This document shows positions 11,603 through 23,834 of a stretch of DNA of 64,000 nucleotides, one piece after another (position 1 is the stretch's first letter; each line of letters starts with the position of its first letter). Location: NCBI GenBank assembly GCA_965287045.1, contig OZ336878.1, positions 42,346,001 to 42,410,000 of the forward strand, read 5' to 3'. The notes beneath the pieces were generated by a model that saw only the letters and a list, made by a program, of their open reading frames with translations, ran no database searches and was not told the origin of the DNA. A program made the position numbers and the translations under genes. The stretch is from Carcharhinus amblyrhynchos (Eukaryota).

Positions 11603-12273
11603 GGCCCGGATCTTCCAGTCATAAAATCATCAAATCACTACAGTGCAGAAGAAAGCCATTTGGCCCATCAAGTATGACAGAGCATCTTACACATGCCCTT
11701 TCCCTGCAACCCAATACATTTGCCATGGCTAATCCAACTAACCTACACATTTTTGGACTGTGGGAAGGAGACACAGCATCCAAAGAAAACCTACTCAGAC
11801 GTTGTTGGGGGGGTAGTGGAGAGGGGAGGGGGTGAAATGTGCAAATTCCACACAAAGTCACCCAAAGCCTGGTCCCTAGTGCTGTGAGGCAGCAGCCCTA
11901 GTCACCATGTCACCCAGTCTCTGGAGATGCACTTTTAATCCATCAGAAACCCCGGCTTTAGCATACTCCTAGTACTTGTGCAGTAAGTTGAAACTTTGTT
12001 TGTCAGCTTTACCCTACCTGGATTGCTCTGTGATTGACCAGAACCACACAAACTTAGACTGTTTACCTTATATTTACCCTTGTTTATACAAGTATCTATT
12101 TTAAGAGTTTTTCATAGCAGGTATATAACAAGTGAAATTCTTAATAAAATCAGCCATGGTGCATTCCAGAACCCACAGCAATGTTCACCACTTCCAACCA
12201 ACTGGCCCCACACTCCCACACCTGACTGACCAACAATCTGGCGTTGATTGTCAGTCCACAGAAGATTCGGCCC
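11603..12273. mobile_element. PIF/Harbinger-type MITE with a nested SINE
   Basis: Imperfect TIRs GGCCCGGATCTT / AAGATTCGGCCC, flanked on both sides by AAT. Confidence 0.6.
11621..11913 (-). mobile_element. HE1-like SINE with CR1-type 3' tail
   Basis: Minus strand: tRNA-like head ...GCTGCTGCCTCACAGCACTAGGGACC, V-like core, tail CTTCTGCACTGTAG..GATTTTATGA; CCAGTC on both sides (11615-11620, 11914-11919) as TSD. Confidence 0.75.
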
Positions 12274-12831
12274 AATGAATTTTCATGTAACCAGTGATTA
12301 CAAGTCAGGACAAATAATTGATCACATTCTTTGTGGTGAGGAGAATATGCAGGCTCCTTTTCTGCAGTATCTTGTTCCGTTTCTCCTGAAAAACTTTGTA
12401 GAATGAGTGATATCCAAATTCTGTTATTTAATATAAAACATGAAAGAATCGCATCAGTTTGCAGGTCATATACTTACTTATCTCCAAAACTAGTCACATT
12501 GTTTTTTCTTATCAGTTATTTAGATGATATTCTTACAAAGCCTCCACTTTGGCTGTGCACAGGTTTCTCCTGTTTCTCAGCAACCTGCACAGCACAATAA
12601 GAGCCCTGACCTCAGTCAAGATATAATCTTAATTAAGAAAATGAGGTTTCACTCAAGGACATTGTTACAGTCCCTTCAAAACATGTATTAAAAGTCCAAA
12701 ATCCTTCATGTTTCCTATTTTTTAACTACATGCTCAGCAACATCATTCACAAATTTTATGGGGAATTTTATGAGGCAAGCAGAGTGGGTTTTAAATCCCC
12801 TGAAATCAGTTTTGGATTGGGATCCAAGCAC

Positions 12832-14082
12832 CATAGAACATAGAACACTACAGCACAAACAGGCCCTTCGGCCCACGAGTTGCGCCAATCACATCAACAC
12901 CTATCTATAACCCCCAATCCCATAAAACCCCATATACTCATCCAGAAGTCGTTTAAAAGACCCCAGCGAGTTCGCCTCCACCACCACTGACGGCAGCCGA
13001 TTCCATTCACTCACCACCCTCTGAGTGAAAAACTTACCCCTAACATCACTTCTGTACTTTCCTCCCCGCACCTTAAATCTGTGTCCTCTTGTAGCGACCA
13101 TTTCAACCCGGGGAAATAGCCTCTGAGAATCCACCCTATCCATTCCTCTCAACATTTTATAAACCTCTATCAGGTCGCCTCTCAACCTTCGTCTCTCCAG
13201 GGAAAAGAGACCCAGCTCCCTCAACCTAACTTCATAAGGCATGCCTCCCAGTCCAGGCAACATCCTTGTAAATCTCCTCTGTACCCTTTCAATAGCTTCT
13301 ACGTCTTTCCTATAGTGAGGCGACCAGAACTGCGCACAGTACTCCAAATGAGGCCTGACAAGGGTCTTATAAAGTTGCAGCATTACCTCCCGACTCCTAA
13401 ACTCAATCCCTCGATTAATGAAGGCCAGTACACCATACGCCTTCTTGACCACCTCTTCCACCTGCGAGGCCGATTTAAGAGTCCTGTGGACCCGGACCCC
13501 AAGATCCTTCTGCTCTTCAACACTACTAAGACTCCTGCCCTTGATGGTGTACTCGTTCATCCCGTTGGTTCTGCCAAAATGGACGACTACGCATTTATCT
13601 GCGTTGAAGCCCACCTGCCACTTCTCCGCCCAGTCCTGCATCCTATTTATGTCCTGCTGCAACTTTTGACATCCTTCCAGACCATCCACAACACCACCGA
13701 CCTTCATGTCATCAGCGAACTTACTTACCCATCCCTCCACTTCCTCATCCAGGTCATTTATGAAAATGACAAACAGCAAGGGTCCTTTAACAGATCCCTG
13801 GGGCACTCCACTGGTGACTGACCTCCATTCAGAAAAAGACCCATCCACAGCCACTCTCTGCCTTCTGCAGGCAAGCCAGTTCGGGATCCACAAGGCCAAA
13901 GGCCCTTGGATCCCATGCCCTCTCACCTTCTCAAGAAGTCTTGCATGGGGGACCTTATCAAACACCTTGCTGAAGTCCATGTACACCACGTCCACGGCAC
14001 TTCCTTCGTCAATGTGTTCAGTCACATTATTGAAGAACTCAACTAGACTTGTAAGGCACAACCTGCCCTTGACAAATCCATC
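12832..14082 (-). mobile_element. 5'-truncated CR1 LINE with open RT frame (ORF 12901-14157)
   Basis: MDFSKVFDKVPH, GVPQGS, FADD, FFTQRVV..WN; (TTCTATG)n tail at 12832-12847; ORF N-terminus above ~14082 is flank read-through. Confidence 0.95.
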
Positions 14083-15124
14083 CTGGCCTCTTCTGGGTTT
14101 CTGTAGGACAGATCCCCTTAGATCTTCAAATCCGAGCCCCCAGAGCAAATTACTCATCCAGAGACAATACCACTACACTACTGCTTCCCCTTTCTGACCT
14201 GTTACTAACTCACTGAGGCAAGTATATGGTACAAAATGCTCCTTCAGTGAAACTGTAAAGCTGGGATGGCTTGAACCGTGGCCAGGCGAGAGGCTGTTGT
14301 TAAAACACTTCTCTCAGTGAGTGCATTCACTACTTTGACAGGTGATTGCCAACTTTCTGGAAGACACTCATGTCTAACATCCCACTCATCTTCAGCTGCA
14401 TTTCCCTGTAGCCAGGTTTTACCATCGCAACGGAGCAGTACATGTATGCCCACTTTCCATCTCTGCTAAGGGCCAAGAGCAGAAGCAGCACCACCACAAT
14501 GAGCAGCAGGAGGAGCAACACACTGCCTTCTCTTCAGCAACATGCCCCTCCATAAAGCAGGAGGGATGGACTCTGAGATCCAAATAGAATGAGGCGAGAG
14601 CCCGAAACACAAAGTCTATAGCAAGTGGTCAGTTCTTTTGCTGAGTCCAAGCACCATTGCCTCAGATGCACAAGCTGCTATGGCAGATCAGTGCTGAGAT
14701 CTGCAGCTTCCTGCAACAAGATCTCCTTCCCTGGTGAGCAGATGGCCATTGCATTGCCAGTGGCTGATAAGATGCCTGTCACTGGAGGGCATATATGCAC
14801 ACAACAATGTCACTCTCGCATGCTGACAACTTCCACCTCTATCTCATTGTTATCTTTCTTAACCCTTTAGCTGTCTATGTGTGTCAGATTACCTGTCTGA
14901 AATCCAGTATCGATGAGCCAAAAATCTTCCCATTAAAGAAAGAAGACATAGCCTTCGAGCTCCTAGTCATCAATTTGATCCCTCTCTCAGACATTGTCTC
15001 AGATTGAACCAGTCTCAGTCTATTGACAATCTTGATAGTCTATTTGACTCACAGTTGAGCTATTAATCTCAAATATTGCTGATCATAAAGACCACAGTCA
15101 GCTCTATGCAGCAATTATGTCTTT

Positions 15125-15410
15125 GTCACCTCTGGATTTGACTATTCCTAAGTTTTCCACCCTTCATCCCTGTTCCTTTGACTCTGGTGCTATGTGCACC
15201 TCTGCTTGTCAATGCACCATTGGAGAATGTGATTCCAACCTTGTGTTCTGGAATTCCCTCCCTTAACCACTCCCAAGCCACAAAGACTCTGCACCTCCTT
15301 CTTTCAGATATTGCTGAAAATCTGCACCTTTGTCCAAACTTTTTTCTGATTATATGTTTATGAAGCACCATGTGACATTGTTCTACGTTAAAGATGCTAT
15401 ATCAATAAAA
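15125..15410 (+). mobile_element. Old L2-like 3' end
   Basis: CACCATTGG...TCTGGAATTCCCTCCCTTAACC...TGAAGCACC..GACAT...GCTATAT pattern typical of L2 3' ends. Confidence 0.5.
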
Positions 15411-15619
15411 ATATTAAACTCATTTACTGAAGGTGATATATCACAATTTAATCTATTTTACTGCCCAGTTGTAAGCAGTGTTTTGCATCAATGGAACATG
15501 TCACATAATAGCAAGTACTTTTGTAAAATTTGAGCTTCCTGTTGTTATTTGGTGCCTTAGTGTACCTACTTCCATAGGTTACAATCTTGTTCTTAGAAAT
15601 GTCCATTTATGCCTTACCT

Positions 15620-16065
15620 GTAGTTCAGCTGAAAGCAATTTTGCTTCTTAGTCAGAAGATTATAACTTCAATTTCCGCTCGAGCAACATGAGCAGAACAT
15701 TACTAAGCTAACACTCTGGCGCAGTATTAAGGGAGTGCGGCACTGTCAGAGGTTTTGTCTTTCAGGTGAGCTATTAAATCAAGGCCCACCTACCCACTTG
15801 GGTGGATGTAAAAGATCCCAATATTTCAAAAATGTCAATGGGTTAGCTCTGATGTTCTAGCCAATATTTCTCCTTGATCAACAACACTGAAAAATATTAA
15901 CTGGTTGTTATATTCCTGTTTGTTGGACCTTGATGTGTGCAAATTGGCTGCTACATTTTCTATACTGTAACAATGGCTGCGCTTCAAAAAGTGCTTAATT
16001 GTCTGTAACATGCTTTGGGACATCCCCAGGTTATGAGAGGTGCTGTATAAGTCTTTTTTTACTTC
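15620..16065 (+). mobile_element. DeuSINE (SacSINE1-like), near full length
   Basis: Head TAGTTCAG..AGTCAGAAG; GCAGTATTAAGGGAGTGC; GGATGTAAAAGATCCC; GTGCAAATTGGCTGC; GCTTTGGGACATCC; tail AAGTCTTT. Confidence 0.8.
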
Positions 16066-16149
16066 TTTAAGTGGGAATGGAAACCCACGATGCCAGTATC
16101 TCAATTTAATTCCACGCCCTGGCATCTAACATCTAAGGATAGCAGATTT

Positions 16150-16455
16150 TTAAAAATTTTTTAATGGGATGTGGGTGTCGCTGACAGCGCTAGTATTTGT
16201 AGCCCATTTCTAACTACCCTTGGACTGAGTGACTTGCTTTGCTATTTCAGAGGACAGCTGAAAGGCAACCACACTGCTGTGTGTCTGGAGTCACATGTAG
16301 GCCAGATAAGGATGGCAGATTTCCTTCCCTAATGGATATTAGTGAATGAGATGGGTTTTCATAACAATCAATGATAGTTTCATGGTCTCCATCACAGATA
16401 CTGGCTTTATATTCCAGATTTTATTGATTGAATTTATATTTCACCAGCTGCCATG
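16150..16455 (-). mobile_element. SINE sharing its 3' tail with the second LINE family
   Basis: Reverse complement of the element at 27455-27800 (GGAAGGAAATCTGCCATCCTTA, GTGACTCCAGAC, AGCGACACCCACATCCCAT tail). Confidence 0.7.
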
Positions 16456-16896
16456 CAAAAATTACTTGTTTTACAGAGATCCATTGGAATTTTAGCCCTG
16501 GAGGTATTGTGTGTGTGATTAGGGAGTGTGCTTGCTGACAGATGTGACTGGGTAATCCTAATGCACCATCATGTCACTGATCTGGTTCAGCCGTATCTCA
16601 ATGTGTTCTGTTTGTTTAGTGCTGGGCAAGGAAAGGGGGAGGTATTGAGACCATGGGTAGGATTTTTTGGCCTCCCACCCCACTGCCAGCTATGATTTCC
16701 GTGGTGGACAGGATGGGAAAATTCTCCAACACGTTTCTTTTCTCTGAATGTTTTCTCCTGTATCTCGAGAAAACTTAGAAGTATTTTTCTTATCTTTTTA
16801 GTAGCTTTGTGAGATTGGCTGATTCTCTTCAAGAGATTTTGGCTTTTTCAACTGCAAGGAATAACACATACCATAATGTTTGGCATTTCCAGTGAA

Positions 16897-17165
16897 ATAG
16901 TGGCTAGCACTGCTGCCTCACGGTGCCAGGGACCCAGGTTTGATTCCTGGCTTGGGCCACTTCTGTGTGGAGTCTGCACGATCTCCCTGCGTGCTCTGAT
17001 TTCCTTCCACAATCCAAAGACGTACTGGTTAGGTGAATTGACCAAGATGAATTCTGCCTTAGTGTACCCGAACAGCCGCTGGAGTGTGGAAACTCAGGGA
17101 TTTTCACAGTAACTTCATTGCAGTGTTAATGTAAGCTTACTTGTGACACTAATAAATAAAAAAGC
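16897..17165 (+). mobile_element. tRNA-derived SINE (same family as 1445-1738)
   Basis: GTGGCTAGCACTGCTGCCTCA, GGTTTGATTCC, tail GTGTTAATGTAAGCTTACTTGTGACACTAATAAATAAA. Confidence 0.9.
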
Positions 17166-19912
17166 TTTAACACTATTGTTGTGTATTGTGGCAATTCTCT
17201 GGATGTTTTGAAGAAAGACCAACTAAAATAATTGTCTGCAGCATATGCACACAACTGTCAGACAAGTCACTCTGATGGAACATTGGTTAATGTGTTATGA
17301 ATGTATGCTGGGAATATACAGCACAGGCAAATCTTGATGTCAGTCAGACAGCAATGCCGACAGTGGCATTTTGGAAGCCAGTTCCCCAACCAACATACTC
17401 TCTTCAACTCACACAGTTAAACACACATTTAGTAGCAGGAGGGTTCCCCTGCCCACCCTCACCCCTTCATCATCACGGTCACCAGAACTATTTAAAGGAA
17501 TCATCAACTCTTACAGAGTACTAGTTAATTTATGTTGGCTGTTGCTATGATTCAAAAAGTGCTTTCCATCAGAATTATACATTAGGAAAGTCTACAGGAA
17601 GCAGTGTGGCACCTGCTGAAGTCCTGTTTGCTGACTTCAAGGCTTCTGCACAAACTAGTTGCTCCCAGTAATGATTGCATTAGTAGGCTTTTCTTTTGGA
17701 AAACTGCATGGTTTAGAGAACGAACAGATTCGCAAAGGGGAGGACAAGCTGCTGGAAGAGGAGAGGGGAAGTTGAGGGAGAGAAATTCACTCAGCAGGAA
17801 GCCAGATCCATCCAGAGTGCTCAGGGAGCAATTCCTCTAATCTATTGTCTAAGGCAAGCGCAATGTCAGTGCCTGAGCTGATAGCTGCAAGTTTCAAATC
17901 AAGTGGCAATGTTTCTTCACCATCTCTCTCTTCTTGGTGTTTTTCTGCCTGACCAGGTTGCAGCTCTGGAGTAAATGAAAGAGAAAACCTCGAGGGGAGG
18001 GAAGGGGATGTGTTTTGAGGTTGAGGGGGAAGTAAGAGCTGTCTGAGTGCACCACATGAAACATGCCAATCAGAAGTGAATATCGATGAGGGAAACATGC
18101 TCCAGGCTCAATGCTGTTGCCTTTAAGTAGTGCTGTCTAGCTTTTATGATGATAACTACTCATAATTCTATCCCCCTCCTGGTACATCCAACAAATGAAG
18201 AACAAGGTTAGCACAGGTTAAATGCAGAAATCATATGGATCCAGATTTTGCAGTTGTAATGAAGATGAAACTGTCATAATTCACCATCATTACAGCCATG
18301 AAATTGACACAACTTCTGGCGCCTGTACACATGCAGTAAAACACAGAAATTGAGAAGTTACTAACACTGATTCTCTATTCCTCCATAGACTGTATTGTCA
18401 AAGTCCCTGCAATGGAAATCTTTGGATACCGCTTTAAATGGGGGGAACTTCAACTTTTAACTCTCCAATCTCACTGTAAAATTCCTGCCAAAACAATTAC
18501 ACCTTGTCAAATGAACTATAATTAGATTTGTAATAGCATACTAAGTCATTCCTACTGCTGAACAGTCTCGCTGCCCCAAAAAATAATTTTCTAATTGTGG
18601 AATGTCAAATTCCCCCATTAGGATAAAAATTCTATCTGTTTCTAATATAACAAAAATATTATTTTATAATTTGTTTCTTGATTTTAGCATGTACTGTAAT
18701 TTAATGCCATGTGTATGACCTAATCTTTATTTCACTCTCTGTAAAAAAAATTAAAAACTGCTAATGCAATTAACCTAACACTCGTTAATTGTCGCAAGTC
18801 GCTCACGGATGAACATCTGTCTCCAAAAATGTCATAGCAACTGACAAAACCATTCTGCTTTTCAATAAAATTTGTTGTGAAAATCTTATTAGCATTAACT
18901 TCCGCAAGTCCCAGCACTCATATTTGTCTGTGGACTTGAGATCCTGCAAGAATCCCCAATTTATGTTATCCTCCAGTTTGGAACAGTAACTTCTTGCTTA
19001 AAGTAGACAAAGTTTGAAATCCCAGTTACCCACCAGAAGAATAAAGCCACAAGATTCCACAATTTTAACAAACAAAATAAACCTTTCTGTGCAAAGTCAG
19101 CAAAGTAAAACAATTGAAAATATCTATTTTATATTCCAACATTTAGAATTTAGAATGAAGTAAATGTTATTACATTTATTATGGTTGGACATGCCACAAA
19201 GCACACTAAATGGTAGATGCAACCAAGACAGATCCCATGGATTTCACGGAGGCATATCAGTGGCTGCCATGAGTCAAAGAAATCTCATTAAATCTCAGTC
19301 TTCCTCATGAGGGATTTCAACTCCTCACTTTCAAATATTTAGCCTCTGAATCCCCTTGAAAGCCTCTCTGATTGCCCCAATGAGTGCTCATCTCCTGATG
19401 GTTCAATCTCTTCTCCTGAGACTGTGTTCCACAGGGTTCACAAAGCTGCACTGCCACCATTAATTACTGGTCCAATTCTAATTCCTTCACAAATCAATAA
19501 CTTTACTAAGCTGACGTTGCACCTGGGTTTCTCTGAACCCCAGTCACCTCACTGCACTAAGCTATACATGGTTCCCAGATCTTCTCTGAGCAACAGCTGC
19601 CTGCACAGAATCTATGACTTTCTGGCACCTTCTTAGCAACCTAAGATTCCTCTGAATTGGAACTGCCTAGAACTTGTGAACCAAGGCTTCTGAATGAGCT
19701 GCAAACCACATGAGGTTGAAACTGCAACCAACCTCCTCTCCCAGCAAGCACATAGACAAATTGAAACCAGAGAACCTTCTTAAGCTCTAACCAATTCCAT
19801 GATGACATAACTTTTCAGGGTTCACCAAATGCTTTGAAACGAATTTTGCTCTAACTCCAGAAACAAAACACTTCACTGAACGGCATTTCTTTGCAAACAG
19901 TGTAGACATTTT

Positions 19913-20030
19913 GGGCAGGATTTTATGGCCGTGCTCATCCCAAGGCTGGAAAGTCAAACCTGAGGTCAACAGACCTTTGCACGGCCCTTGTCTCACCCGC
20001 TACAATTCCCGTGACAATAAAATCCTACCC
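19913..20030. mobile_element. Short Harbinger-type MITE
   Basis: TIRs GGGCAGGATTTTAT / ATAAAATCCTACCC (13/14 match); TSD imperfect. Confidence 0.6.
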
Positions 20031-21059
20031 TAGGTCTTGAGTTCTCCAGCTAAGTAAGCCTATCTGCTGTTTTATGGCTCCATGTCTTCTATCCTGATGC
20101 TGTTAAACAAATATGGGTAACCTTGTGGATTATCATTTCCTTCTAGGTAATCTGGCAATCTCTAAAGCCCAACATTTTATTTGTCTTACCTTCACAACAA
20201 TAATCTTCTCAGAACTAAACAGTACCTCCAAAATATTAACACAAACTATAAACTGGATAGTCGCAGCACACCTGAATAATCTGCTGGATTGTCAACCCAG
20301 ATATTTGGTCAAGTCTCTGGAACAGGCCTTAAATCCTTAACCTTCTGACTCCGAGCTGGAGATGCAATCATTGCAAGGAGCCATTAATTTTGCCATAAAA
20401 CAGCACTTACTCCCCAGTAACCTGCTTACTGGCACTAAGTTTGGCCCTGCCGCAACCATTCGGTTTTAGATTTCATTACACCCTTGACCTAAACGTAGAT
20501 GCAAGAACTGAATTCTGGAATTGAAGTGAAAGTAACTGCCTTTCAGACGAAGGCAGCATTGGACAGAATATAATCTTAGAATGGTAGCAAAAGAAGGCCA
20601 TTCAATCAGTTGAGTTTGTGTCAGCTCTCTGCAAGAAGAATTTAGGTAGCCTCATTTTACTGCCCTTTCCTCATAGCCCTGAACGTTTTTCCCTTCAGGT
20701 CTCATCTAGTTTTCTTCACAATGTAGATTGAATCTACCCCTCAAGGGGCAGAATTTTCGGCTTGAGACAGAGGCACATTTGGAAGTGGGCTTACCAGCAA
20801 TTTCTCACTGGCCAACCAGTCTGCCGTAAGTTCCTGCTTCTAGCCTATTTTCAGTGAGGCTGCTTCAGGAGTGTGAAGGCTACCCGCATCCCAAGCAACA
20901 GGTGGCCAATTAGGCCAAATAAATTGTCAATTCAGGGCACTCTTTACATGCTGTCTAGATTTTCCCTAAAGTAGATGAACTTCCCCTGATGTGGCTGGAG
21001 CCTATAAATTACATGGTGACAACTTCCAGCTGAGGACTACAGCTATGGTTGCAGATTAT

Positions 21060-23490
21060 TGCAATAGAGAGTGCAAGGGGGCATGCCAGAAACAGCGCCA
21101 GGCATACATAAAAATGAGGTGTCAACCTGGTGAAGCTACCAAACAGGACTACTTGCATGCCAAACGGCATATACAGCAAGTGGTAGCTAAGCGATCCCAC
21201 CATTAATGGATCAGATCTAAGATCAGATTATGAATGGTGGTGGACAATTAAAGAACTCACCGGAGGAGGAGACTCCGCAAATATCCCCATCCGCAATGAT
21301 GGAGGACCCCAGCACATCTGTATAAAAAATAAAGCTGAAACATTTGCAGCAATCTTCAGCCAAAAGTGCCAAGTAGATGATCCATTTGGCCTCCTCCAGT
21401 GATCCCCAGCATCTCAGCTGCCAATCTTCAGCCAATTCGATTCACTCCATGTGATATCAAGAAATGGTTGGAGGCACTAGATACTGCAAAGGTAATGATA
21501 ACATTCTGGCATTTAACCAACAAAGTGGAAAATTGCCAGTGACATCCTGTACACAAAAAGTAGGACAAATCCAACCCATCCAATTATCACCCAATCAGAC
21601 TACTCTCGCTCATCAGTAAAATGATGCAAGGGGTCATCGACAGTGCTACCAAGTGGCACCTGCTCAGCGCTAACTTGCTCAGAGATGCCCAGTTTCACCC
21701 AGTTTGGGTTTCACTTTGGTTTTCTCTTGCTCTTAGGCCTTGGTTCAAACATGGACGAAAGAGCTGAATTCCAGAGGGTGAGGTGAGAGTGACAGCTGTT
21801 GACATCAAGACTGCATTCAACCGAGTATGGCATCAAGGAGCCCTAGCGAAACAGAAAACAATTTGTAAAAGGGAGCAAACTCTCCTCAGCTGGTTGGAGT
21901 CATAGCTGATACATGGGAAGATGGTTGTGGTTGTGGAGGGTCAGTCATCTCAGCTCCAGGACATCCCTGCAGGAGTTCCTCAAGGTGGTATCCTAGGCCC
22001 AACAATCTTCAGCTGCTTCATTAATGATCTTCCCTCCATTATAAGGTCAGAAGTGGGGATGTTTACAATGATTGCACAATGTTCAGCACCATTTGCAACT
22101 TTTCAGATATTGATGCAGTCCATGTCCAAATGCAACAACATCCGGACAATATCCAGGCTTGGGCTGACAAGTGGCAAGTAACATTTACGCAACATAAATG
22201 CCAGGCAATGACCATCACCAATAAGAGACATTCTAATCACTGTCCCTTGACATTCAATAGTCTTACCATCACTGAATCCCCCACTATCAATATCCTTCAG
22301 GTTACCATTGACCAGACACTCAACTGGACTCACCACATAAAAACAGTGGCTACAAGAGCAGGTCAGAGGATAGGAATACTATGGTGAGTAACTCACTTCC
22401 TGACTCCCTAAAGTCTATCCACCATCTACAAGGCACAAGTCAGGAGTGCGATGGAATATTCCCCACTTGCCTGGATCGGTGCAGCTTCAGCAAGACTCAA
22501 GAAGCTTGACATCATCCAAGATAAAGAAGTCTGCTTGATTGGCACCACATCATCAAGCATTCACTCTGTCCACCACTGACACCTGATAGCAGCAGTGCGT
22601 ACTATTTAGAACATAGAACATAGAAAACTACAGCAGAAATAGGCCCTTCGGCACACAAGTTGCTGTGATGATATTCCTACCTACTAGGCTTACCTATAAC
22701 CCTCTATCTTACTAAGTCTCATATACTTATCCAAAAGTCTCTTAAAAGACCCCAACGAGTTCGCTTCCACCACCACCATCGTCAGCCGATTCCACTCACC
22801 CACCACCCTCTGAGTGAAAAACTTACCCCTGACATCTCCTCTGTACCTACTCCCCAGCACCTTAAACCTGTGTCCTCGCAATGCGACCATTTCATCCCTG
22901 GGAAATAGCCTCTGAGAATCCACCCGATCTATACCTCTCAACATCTTATAAATCTCAATCAGGTCACCTCTCATGCTTCGTCTCTCCAGGGAGAAAAGAC
23001 CGAGCTCCCTCAACCTATCCTCATAAGGCATGCCACCCAATCCAGGCAACATCCTTGTAAATCTGTACCCTTTCAATAGCTTCCACATCCTTCCTGTAGT
23101 GAGGCGACCAGAACTGCGCACAGTACTCCAAGTGGGGTCTGACTAGGGTCTTATAAAGCCACATTTGTAAGATGCAGCAATTTGTCAAAGATCCTTAGAC
23201 TGCACTTTCCAAACCCGCAACCACTTCCATCTAGAAGGACAAGTGCAGCAGATACATGAGAACACTACCACCTGCAAGTTTCCTCCGAGCCACTCACAGT
23301 CCTGACTTGGAAAATATATTGCCGTTCCTTCACAGTCGCCAGGTCAAAATCCTAGAATTCCCTCCCTGCCGGCATTGTGGGTCAACCCACAGCACATGGA
23401 CTGCAGTGATTTAAGAAGGCGATTCACCACCACCTTCTCAATGGCAATTCTGGCCAGCCAGCAACGCCCAGTCCTACAAATGAATATAAG
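21060..23490 (+). mobile_element. Second LINE family (CR1/L2 group), decayed ORF2 RT plus 3'UTR, interrupted by a nested CR1
   Basis: NYHPIRLLS, AVDIKTAFNRVWHQG, GVPQGGILGPTIFSCFINDLP, WADKWQVTF; 3' end GGCCAGCCAGCAACGCCCA..TGAAT. Confidence 0.85.
22608..23158 (-). mobile_element. CR1 3' fragment nested in the second LINE (same family as 12832-14082)
   Basis: ORF 22690-23121 RGDLIEIYK...FFTQRVVGEWN; (TTCTATG)n tail; host LINE resumes at ~23160. Confidence 0.92.
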
Positions 23491-23834
23491 AAAATTCTGT
23501 GGATTGATTCCCTGTCCACAATAATGGCCTCAATCTTGAGGCACCCCCACTGTCCATCTACTATAGCAGCAACTTACATCTTCCCTGGGGAGACTGCTGG
23601 TCGCTCAGCACCTCGGGCACTCCCATTGATCTTTATGGTCCACCTATAGCCCCCCATAACCTGTGAACAAATCTGTAGGAAAGTGAGAGAAGCAGTGGGC
23701 TATGGAGCCAGGTCCAGGAGTGCACCTGAGGAAGAATCTCTGACCATCAACAACATCCTGTGGTGCTGGAAAGAGGGTGTTGGGCACAAATGGCCAGAAA
23801 CTTAACTGGACCAACCACATAAATGCTACTGCTT

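Noticed and set aside
13315-14197. Plus-strand ORFs of 168, 83 and 163 aa, and similar shadow ORFs over other CR1 copies
   Set aside because: Antisense shadows of CR1 RT coding sequence with no independent protein motifs
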